Below, piece after piece: positions 1-9,612 of a stretch of DNA of 34,412 nucleotides. The position numbers and the translations under genes are program-made. This DNA comes from Catajapyx aquilonaris. Lineage: Eukaryota. The notes under the pieces are model-generated. The model saw only the letters and a list, made by a program, of their open reading frames with translations, made no database searches and had not been told where the DNA came from. How positions within the stretch are numbered: the first letter of the stretch is position 1; each line of letters opens with the position of its first letter. The stretch spans positions 124,001 through 158,412 of the forward strand of contig KZ538175.1 in the NCBI GenBank assembly GCA_000934665.2, read 5' to 3'.

Positions 1-322
1 AGGATCTCAGGAGTCATTTTTACGACAAAATTACCGGAGGACTTTTAATTCAGGATGGTGTTCTTCAGTACCTGTGGTATCACGCTGGTATCATATTTTC
101 CACATACCGTACCCTGTCATGACTCCATTAGTTTGAATGTATCCTATATGGACCTGCAGATTCCCTTTTGAGTAAACATTTCTACGCCGCGTAGTTACGG
201 GATTTTGACCGGATGTAATCATAAACATTTATCAAGACACCAAATATGGTCCGTTGATAACATGGTTGAGATATACCCTACAGTATACAGTGTGGTATCC
301 CATATTTTAAACCATAACTTAC

Positions 323-366
323 CTGTATGTATCTTGTCCTCTCGCCATCAATATTCCCCAATATAA
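323..366 (-). CDS. speculative second coding exon (VILGNIDGERTRYIQ) that joins in frame to the 32319-32358 exon
   Basis: Minus strand: branch-like CTAAT, weak acceptor ttgctttgaactAG, a 44-nt exon open in phase 1, and a strong donor CAG|GTAAGT. The joined peptide MSWWTVVWTLLLAVILGNIDG-ERTRYIQ looks like a complete signal peptide. The acceptor is poor and the join is inference only. Confidence 0.2.
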
Positions 367-995
367 CTAGTTCAAAGCAATCAATTAGCTGCACACTATA
401 AACTGCTTGATTAATTGATCAACACTACGATTGACCATGTACTAAAATGAGAGGTTACCTATAAAACAGCATCAAGATAACCACGTTACATTTTGATGCC
501 GCTGTAAAATAACTTCCAGTTGTGACCATCCACAACTCTACGTGCACAGTCCCACCTGATCTGTTGTCCTGCAACTACAGGCGTCCTACAAGCCAGCGAC
601 AAAGCAGTAACATACCACCAGTACCATTTATCTGAGTCAGCTGCCACTCTATCTATCAATGGAGGCGCCCATGATCCTTACCTGCAAAGGAATAAGAAGG
701 TCCCATTAACATGTATAAATTATTCCAGCTATAAACTATGGGGAACAATCCTGCTTACTTATCGCGCTAGAGAGTAATAATTAGTTCCCCGGGGGCGGGC
801 ATCCAAACATAGAACGGAATGAATAAATCTCTCCTTTCCAGGAAACAGGTGGTAGTAACAGCGCAAAACTTCTTTAATGATCTCGTTCCCCTTAAGCCAA
901 GGCATCTCAACTTGCCATCAAGAGTGCCAACGCTGCCAACTTCCAGGCTTTCTCTCACTTGCCTTTTTTTTCTTCGTTTTTTTTCTTACCCTTAG

Positions 996-1138
996 CTATA
1001 CGAGCAGTCGGATAAAGCAACACTATGAGCCCAGAGGCAATATCGGAAATTCATTAAGACTCTCTGGAGCATTTCTTGCACTTGAAGACTGGCGCAATAA
1101 AATCATGGTTACACCCACCAGTATCAAGCAGCAGTCAG
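996..1138 (+). other. candidate 143-nt internal exon on the plus strand (coding status unknown)
   Basis: Branch-like CTCAC (954-958), a roughly 45-nt pyrimidine-rich tract ending cccttAG (995), and donor CAG|GTAAGG (GT at 1139-1140). One frame is open (YTSSRIKQHYEPRGNIGNSLRLSGAFLALEDWRNKIMVTPTSIKQQS) but I do not recognise it. Confidence 0.3.
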
Positions 1139-1700
1139 GTAAGGTGTAGCGGTAGAAATGCAGGAGCATTTATAGAGGCAATTAGCAACAATTGTGAGGC
1201 CCATCAAGTGTCTCAAAAGCAATTGTAATGCCGCCCCGTTTTTAAGACATCGATTTCCCATAAAACGAGGCTCTTGCACATTAACTAACGAGACATGGCC
1301 GCCAATTGCGGCTTCCAGCCAGGGCATTTCAGTTCCTTCTAATACCCGTATTATTTGATGCCGCCCAAATCTGACACGGAATGCATAAAGGCACGAATCG
1401 GATCTACGTCTTTGGATCAGTCGCCCCCTTCCGATTATCGAGCTGCTTCCTATGATGAATAGCCCATTATCATTTAATAATATCTCTCAAAAAAACATCC
1501 TTCACTTCCCATAAATACTTGAGTGCCAATGTGATGGCGAGAATTCCAGGGACTAATATAGCGTTAGAGATTAACTGATTTTACACCATGCTTCCATCAT
1601 CAGACGTATATAACGATCCTTCCGAAGTCCCCCACGTTTTATTACTTTGGGCTCTGCTGCCGTCGGCAAGAGATTCCCAAGTTTCAGACTTGGCAGCTGG

Positions 1701-1740
1701 GAGGAGGAGAGGGAGGAGGAGGAGGAGGAGGAGGAGGAGG
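1701..1740. repeat. (GAG)n microsatellite, one interruption
   Basis: Direct reading; it explains the poly-E and poly-S runs in the overlapping spurious ORFs. Confidence 0.95.
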
Positions 1741-1810
1741 TAAAGAGGGTGTATCTGCAGGGAGGCGGTGATGCAGCATCACAGATTTCATTTCCAGGAA
1801 GGAAGGGACC

Positions 1811-1837
1811 AAGGAAGGAAGGAAGGAAGGAAGGAAG
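1811..1837. repeat. (AAGG)n microsatellite
   Basis: Direct reading. Confidence 0.95.
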
Positions 1838-2550
1838 CAATGACACCAAGAAATAAGAAAAACGTTTGCCTTCCGGTCTCAACGGCTTGCACTCAAACCA
1901 AACTTCGTCTTCTTTTCTTCAACCTTTCCGCCTCTCCCCTTGTTTTTCTTTTTCCACTCTTCGGAAATCGAATTTTTCCGCGCACCGCAACAAATAGCCT
2001 ACATGTATGCAAAACTGCGAGGGCCATTCTTCTTCGATGGATGCATCCTCATGATACAATAACACTGTTGGGAGATATCCAAGTAACAAGATCCTTTTTT
2101 ATGTTCGAACTCACTTTCGGGTCAAGTAACTTGAACTGACTACTATGCACGTCCCCTTCAGCTCTCAGTTAACTCATGCTATATATATACTGATTTTAGA
2201 ACTTGACTTTGGTAACGACGGTGTTTGCACCTAAGTCTGTACGCAATTTCCATTAGAGTAGGCCCTAATGTCTAATCTATAATACGAGTCTGTAGAAAAC
2301 AGGTACAGAAGACCTACCATGCGTATATTTAATCAACGACGAGTTATACAATGTCATTATTCCCCTACAAGTTTGGTCATTTTGCGGTGCCTTGAACTTT
2401 TTATGTTCAAATAATTAATTAACAGAACACTAACTTAATTATAACGTGAATAAGTGACGAAAGTCTTTCCCTCTTGCTGCTATGAATAACTCACTCCTCA
2501 CAATCATCGTTTATGTACTGTACGTGTAATGTATAAATGCGACGTTAAAC

Positions 2551-2570
2551 TACAGGGTGTTCCAAGTGAA
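2551..2570 (+). mobile_element. orphan Tc1/mariner-like terminus (TA + CAGGGTGTTCC...)
   Basis: TACAGGGTGTTCCAAGTGAA, with a near-identical copy carrying a 1-nt insertion at 6211-6231. TA-CAG starts are typical of Tc1/mariner TIRs. No matching opposite end was found. Confidence 0.4.
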
Positions 2571-3409
2571 TTGCCATATCTTTTTCTAACAGTTATACGT
2601 CTACGAGCAGCAATAATGTAATGCTAATACTAAAGTAAATTGAAGCATCTTTGCTGATCACTGCAGGAAAATTCGGCTTAGAAATCCATGTGTCAGGGCC
2701 TGAACCCCGTTGCCATTCTTGCTTCCCACAGAGTAACTGTTGCAAAGTAACTGCTTAAAAAGCAGATTAGTGCCAAAAATCAACAGCAGGTGCCGCGAAA
2801 ATTATTACACGCAAGAATGGCAACTCCGCACATCTTATCGCCCTGAATTATCACGGTGGATGCTCAGGAGTAGGCCACATTCAGATAAGGCTGCCTTAAG
2901 TCTCGGGGCAATAGTCATTTGCCAACACAAAGACATATACTCACCTGTTCTGTGTATACAGTATATCTCAGTGACAAGGTACGCACACGCACGTATTTCC
3001 AGCACTACCGTCACATCCTCTTTCCTAGTACTAGAGGTCGGAAGTCCCGCCTCTCGCCGGCTCCGATGACACAATCGGCAAAAGGTTTCGTACGAGGACT
3101 GCATGCGTAAAGAGTTGGTTTCGAGGGGTCAAGACGCGGGGTCCCCTCCAAAACCCACACTTTACGATCTTCCCAGAAACCGATTGGTAATGGTCCTAAC
3201 CACCCCCGCCTCGCTCACATATTTCTCTCTCTCCGAAAAAGAAGGTTTAAAAAAATGGAGACGTTCCTCATGCACCTGAGAACCATTCCAAAAACGTTGG
3301 GAGCTTATCTCGCTCGTGCTCGCGGTTCGATACCTCAGGTTCTGGCCCTGGGGCGTGAGGCAACTGTTGACAATCATATTACTGCCCAAATCCTGAGGTG
3401 ACACCCAGA

Positions 3410-3431
3410 GGGGGAAGGGGAGGGGAGGGGG
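3410..3431 (+). other. canonical four-tetrad G-quadruplex motif
   Basis: GGGGG-AA-GGGG-A-GGGG-A-GGGGG. Confidence 0.7.
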
Positions 3432-5181
3432 ATTGGAGCCTATAGGGAGCTTACCAACTTGCGAGGATACGCTCTGGAATTATTTGGGCATCGGAACGCA
3501 CTACCTACCCTTGATGTTCCGTAATCGGAATTTCCTTCTGCAGGGGTGCGCCGATAGGAAAAACGGTAATCGACGCGGTATCAATATTGGAAAAAGTATT
3601 AACGCAGTTTTCATTAGCGTGATTCCTCGTAAAAGGTCTTAAATGTTTGCAGACGCGGTTAAAACTCATTTATTTTGCAGGCGTAACGGCGCAAGGCGGT
3701 ATCAGTGCAGCCCTGCAAGTTCTTGGTTTCCCTTTAATGAGGCTGTGAAGAAGGGATTATTTTTTTTTGGCACAACTTCCATTCGCAGTAATATCATCGG
3801 AGTGAAATTATTAAGAAACCCGACTATTGCGTCGCTGCCGCTGCCATATAAATGGTTTCAGTAACAAGATACACAAAAACCGCAAAACTTTCTCCACTGC
3901 TGGCGATATTGGAGTCGCTCTGGCACATATAGCTGACTACATCAAGTGGTGTTTGTCAATAAAATATAGCAGCATTTACTAAGCAAATTGCACCACTAAC
4001 ACTAACTCTCTTGTTAGCCGCCAGACAACCGACTTAGATCAAGCTTATTGCCAGTACAACACCCTAATAAATAACTGCTTAATGCGGATTGGGCACACCG
4101 ACCATAATTGATGAAGCTCGCCTTTCGCTAGTCATAGATCAGAGTCGAACTCCCCCAGCACCCTCATCTGGCCAGGCGTAGTAAGAAATAAATGCAAAGT
4201 CTCTGGTGCCATTCTGATTTTATGGCTGTTCCAGTAGTATCCTCCACAGCTCCACCGCCACCATCTGCGACCGCTTCGGCCATGTTGAAAATGTGCTGAG
4301 CTAGGGCCCAAGCCAACCCTTGCCGAGTCGCGCTGGATTCGTAATTAGGCCCTTTTTGAGCCAGATCCGGAAGGAGACGACGACGCCAAACTGTCAGATA
4401 CAGCTTTCCCCAGGGGAGGGAGTCAGATCCCCGGAACGTGTGTTTCAGGATACAATATGGCCGACCTCATGGATGGAGCTCTGATCCATAGGTTTTTGGA
4501 AGCGGCCTTTGACTCGAGCATAACCTCACCCGGAGGTCCATATCGGCCGGCGGGCTGACAAATTGCAGCCAACGGCTCCTTGGAACACTCGGATAAAATG
4601 GATGGTGCCAGAGGCAGCATTAGTCTGGCCAAGATAAGTTGCAAGGAACTGTTCAATTATTGTCTCCATTTGTAGACACACGGAGTAAGATAGAGGCGCC
4701 TGACAAAAGAATTCGAGTACACTAGGTCTCCTATTGACTCCTTGACACCGCAGCAGTGGTCTGTGACAGGTGATAAAACTCTTTCCCGGTCACAAGTGAA
4801 GAATGGCTTCTGCACAATTAGGTGGCTGCTGAGCCCTCAGAGTCTATTGGCCTGTGAAATTCAGTCTGATATTTCAACAAGTAGGCGACTTATTTTGTTT
4901 GCCTTTTTCCTACAATAATTTAAACAACAGAATATATCAATATTAATAAGCCGCATTTATGCATCTTGGCAGTTGTACACGAATATATTGATAAGTCATC
5001 AATTGAATTTACCGACTGCATAAATTTTTTGGTTAGGTAAGTCAACTATGTTTATACATTGTTTACACCTTGCAAGAATGAATTGTACTGTTGAATGATG
5101 GATAGTTACTTATGGCCTCATAATTGCTTTTCAACTTGCCTTGAATGACACTAGCCATTAGATTCCCTGAACAATAACATC

Positions 5182-5210
5182 GGGGAGGGTGGGGGGGGGN
5201 GGGGGGGGGG
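5182..5210. repeat. poly-G tract containing an assembly N (5200)
   Basis: Direct reading. Confidence 0.9.
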
Positions 5211-6210
5211 ACGCCCTACCCTTGCAGGTGATCGAGGGTGAACCAAATGGCAAAACTTTTGGCAAAGACGGATCGGCAATTCCGTAACTTACAGTTTGCC
5301 GGCCGCTGCAAGATTTATTGTAACGTGGTCCCTTCACGGTCGGCGCCCTTCCTTACCAGAATAAACCAAATAATTATTCCCATTCTGCTCTCTCTATTCA
5401 CTTTTCACCTTCTTTCCACTACCATCCTCCGTCAATTCTAATGAAGGCGAATAAACACGCAACGTTGGCGAAATAACCCGGGCTTGGCTTTGGTACCTCA
5501 TGCGAAACTTGCTCCGATACTTCATTATAGAGACGAGCAGGCTAAGGAGCTATACGTTCTTTCCAAACTGCCTCCCTAAATGCAATGTTTAACAGAACTT
5601 ATTACAGAGGGAGGTTACTTAACATTAACGCGGTATTAAGAGTCAATATTAGCGTAGTATTTTTGCATTAATTATGCCAGTTTGGAGAGCAATTATTACA
5701 ATTACAAGTCGCGCGTCGCCCTTAGAACTCCACCTACCCTTCATAGTACCATTTTGCTGTTTCGCCAAAAAAAGGTTAAAATTTTTGTTTGGCATCGTGT
5801 TTGTACACTGGCTTATAGGCTGCATAATGATGTTTGCCAACTGGTACTTGATCCGGCTTGTTTTCCTTTGTCGCCAGTGTGGTTGTGCAGAAGTGCGAAT
5901 TTTTGTGGGGAGGAAATTGCGATCAATAAAAACCGACAAATAAGCACTGTTGCTGTTGAAGGGTGTCATCCTGCTGGAATTATTGTCCAGAAAATATTTC
6001 GTTCCTTCAAGTAATTAGCACGGTTCTTTCAGGAGCGAGTATCTATAATAACCACGTTAAAATTATTTATTCTCGCCATTTCTGGAGTATGAATAAAGAC
6101 TCGTTCCAGATCTCCTTACACAACCTTTAATCTGCAATAAGTTCATTGCATCTGTACAAACAGTACAGTGACGCCACAAGGTGTTTCAAAATCTAATCAA
6201 CTAATCAATT

Positions 6211-6231
6211 TACAGAGGTGTTCCAAGTGAA
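6211..6231 (+). mobile_element. orphan Tc1/mariner-like terminus (copy of 2551-2570)
   Basis: TACAGAGGTGTTCCAAGTGAA versus TACAG-GGTGTTCCAAGTGAA: 20 of 21 aligned positions identical. Confidence 0.4.
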
Positions 6232-8530
6232 ATATATACAGAGTATCACACCATACTTGATCCATGCGCCATGTGGATTTTCACTTCTTCGGGCCAACCC
6301 TCCTGGATCAGACGGGAAATTCCAAATCAATCACAAACACCTATAAGATCAAGTTGAAACAAAACTGTACAAATTCTCCAGTGTTTTCTTTTCCCGTGCA
6401 GGAGCAACACTGGGTCTTGAGTGTATTTCTCCAGCAGATACAGTCATGAGGGCATTAACAGGCTGCCCACTCGGACTAGGGCCCAGCAGATGGCTGAGAA
6501 AACACCCCGCCCAACGTGATGATGAAAGAAATCATGAGCGTACTCGTGTTACTTCCACTGATCATGTTACAGTACAGTACCTATCCCGTGTTCCTTGTTA
6601 GACGGCTGGTGGGGAACACATCGGTCAATTTTAGCAGGCCGGTTAATTACCATGCAATCTGACCGTATAGCCACTTGATCTAGCGCCACTTGAGCTCTCG
6701 ATTCGTTCTCGAAACTCATCATCCCCACACGTGGCCATGAATGCGGAACACATCGCCTTGATGAATCCAGCCGATCTAATTAGCTTCCAGGATCTTTTAT
6801 GCCGGCTTTGAATGACTTCCTTTTTTTCAAATCGTATGTTGGTGAAATCTGGTCGTAATGCACACTTCGATGGACTCATACACCAAGTGAATATATCTCA
6901 AATAATTGTGTGCACGTTAGGTACTACATTATAACAGACAGAAGGTTTGAAATCTAGTGTTCTGTTTCGTGGCTCCATATAATACTATACAGCTAATGGA
7001 TTGCTCTGTTGGATTTGATTGCATTTTCTCCTTGAATGGGTGCTACTGGGACTGCACAAGTTGCATGCAGGTGGGTTGGAAAATGTAACCTTTTCTAATA
7101 ATGTGATGAATTCAGTGGGTATACAAAGCGGCATTTCAAATACTGTATATGTTTCTGGGAGAGACTCACCCAGTTATATACTTGTATAAGGAGTCATTTT
7201 ATCGCGAGCGAAGCTCGACGCATGCGATCAATTCCCTTCTCCTAATGCTCCCTTTTTTGCAAATTAAAACGTAATTAGCCGATGTTAAAATATTTTATAT
7301 ACATTAGCTGCTCTCAACACATCAACAGTTCAGGGAGCAGGATCGGAACAAATATCTTTTTTTACTGCGGAGTAATATTTGATTCCTTTAGCAGACCTTA
7401 TACCTATAGAGAACATCGAACCAACTCCTGCTAACGCCGATATGATTCGAAAGGAACTTAATTTAAACCCCGTCTATTCCAATGGCCTGAATGGGGGGAC
7501 GCCACCTGCAGATGAACCTATATATGTGCTCCGTTTCCAAAAGGCTTACTGACAGCCGCGGGATCAGTGAAGACCCTCAACCAGTCTCCGCAAGAACATC
7601 CTCGTAGTCGCCATCTTTTTTCTCATCCACTCACGATTCAGAGCGGTATAAGTTTGGAAGAAAAAGGAAATATACCGGCGGTGTATCTTATTCTTCCTTC
7701 CTCGCAACCAGGTCATAAAGAATTAAACGGATCTCCTTTTCGTACGATGCTGGCTTTCAGCACAAAGTTACATCCTTCTCGGACAAGGCCTTAAAATGTG
7801 ATTTATGCCGAGTTGGCGAGATGAGTCGGCTTTGGGAATACGCTACAAGCTACATCCAGGCTAAATCCTATGCCTTGCTAAATTTATTGGCCTTTCGAGA
7901 TTTTTCCCTGGGAAGAGGGCAAAAATTACAGTCAGGAATGAGCGCAAGTTTTATCGAGAATGGACTGCATGCAGTGCGTATTCTGACTTTCCATTTTTAA
8001 ATGAGCCTAGGATCTCCCAAAATGTTAATCTTTCCGCTTCCTTCAACTTAGAAGTAGTCTATAGCCTACTATTAGTATAAACTGAATCTTTCTTTCCATA
8101 AAAGCATTGTAGCTCATTGGATAAGACTCCTCAATGTTTTTATCTTTGTCATCAGCTCATGGCGAAATTAATAGAATACTGTAAACTGCACCAGGAATGA
8201 CAGAATCAGATTCTGGTCATATAATAATTATTATACAAGTACAAACTACAACCTTCATCACTAATTTTAAATGTTAAACCTTTTTGAGAGATAGTCTGTA
8301 GCCTACAGTATTCTCTAAAAAGAAAGCCATGGCAATGCTCCATGGACACGTACAGTATATGTTGAATATGTAAATTACACATTACATATTTATTCCGGCA
8401 GTGAATATCGACAGTTCATAATTCTAAAAGTGTTCCGAATTTTCCTACTTCATCTTAATATGGTCTCCTGGTATATAGCGAATAAGTTGAAAAATTGATT
8501 ACATGTGCAATCAGTGGTAGATGTACTGCA

Positions 8531-8580
8531 CCTTCTTCTCCTCTCTCTCTCCCTCCCCCCCCTCTCTCTCCCCCTCCCCC
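8531..8580. repeat. 50-nt pure pyrimidine tract, (CT)n/poly-C
   Basis: Direct reading; only C and T over 8531-8580. Confidence 0.9.
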
Positions 8581-8962
8581 GACTAGCCCGGATTTCTTAT
8601 GAACGTGTATTGCACATCAGTATAAAGGAACTGGCTTCCACTTTTGAATCAGATATCTGGAACAACCTCCGCTAAAAATTATCGCGCGCCACTGCTCGTT
8701 TCGATCTCGAAAAAAGTCTTGCCCATTTTTTCCAGAAGTTCACTACGCGAAACTTCATGAATCCTCTACAATTCTACATCATATGAAACACAACAACTCC
8801 AACCTTTCTCGCTACATTACGCGTCCCTTTTTAAAGTCAACTTCCTATATCTTGACGGTCCAATAAAGTCAATATGAAAGCTTTATATTGGCATTCCAAA
8901 ATTTCGCCATATCTCTATGCCCTACACCTATTCTACTGGTCCTAGTATACTAAGTTAAAGAT

Positions 8963-8964
<2 letters not shown>

Positions 8965-9024
<60 letters not shown>
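8965..9024. repeat. (ATT)20 microsatellite
   Basis: Direct reading. Same unit as the SINE tails, but no attached head or TSD identified. Confidence 0.97.
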
Positions 9025-9025
<1 letters not shown>

Positions 9026-9548
9026 GAGAGCATTAGTGTGGTATCACAATGGCCTCGATTGGGTATTGGAAAACAAAAGCAATAAAGGTCCAGTGTTCAT
9101 GTCAGCTCCCGGTTCAAAGGTTTGATTATGTATAGCTGCAGCTGACAGAGAGTGTAGCGCAGAAAAAGGAGATATGTTCGGATGGGGGACAAAGGAAAGG
9201 AATTCTTTCATCCCATAGCCCCGTCCGCCTGTTGATAGCATGGGAGGAGGTGGTCTCCGGGTCCAAAATCACATCATTCACATGGTGATGAGAGACACTC
9301 TAAAGACGACGGGGAATGGCAAATTGGAAGAGGAGCCGTTGGAAAGACGAGAGCTTCCATCTCCTACATTCATAAAGCCCGTCCTAAAACGCAAGTTAGT
9401 TTGGACGGCCATCGTCAGAAATTCTACCCTTTCCTTTATACAGGGTGGCGCAGAAGGTGGGCATTTGCTATACAGTGTTCGATTTCTTGCCCAAATCCAA
9501 AATGCAAATATTAGATTACAAATAAACTGTCAATTTCAGCGTCTTCGG

Positions 9549-9612
9549 AGTAGCCGAGTGTGGTCAGGCGGCCGACTTGACTTTTTGTGACGTCACGTCC
9601 GGGTTCAACCCT
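9549..9612 (+). mobile_element. degenerate tRNA-like SINE head
   Basis: A-box-like TAGCCGAGTGTGG (9551-9563) and B-box-like GGTTCAACCC (9602-9611) at tRNA-like spacing. No cloverleaf, tail or TSD found. Confidence 0.4.

Noticed and set aside
3643..3864. Homeobox fragment suggested by the terminal KWFQ
   Set aside because: A stop codon follows WFQ and the upstream residues do not match homeodomain helices.
5020..5042. Plus-strand recursive-splice-like site ttttttggttAG|GTAAGT
   Set aside because: No supporting plus-strand gene context; it mainly shows that such motifs can arise by chance on either strand.
9..7200. 12-nt repeat AGGAGTCATTTT at 9-20 and 7189-7200
   Set aside because: Many 12-mer pairs are expected by chance in 34 kb.
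8620..9024. Decayed LINE 3' end (IWNNL peptide near 8655, then an ATT tail)
   Set aside because: Only a five-residue resemblance followed almost immediately by a stop; no RT motifs or TSD.
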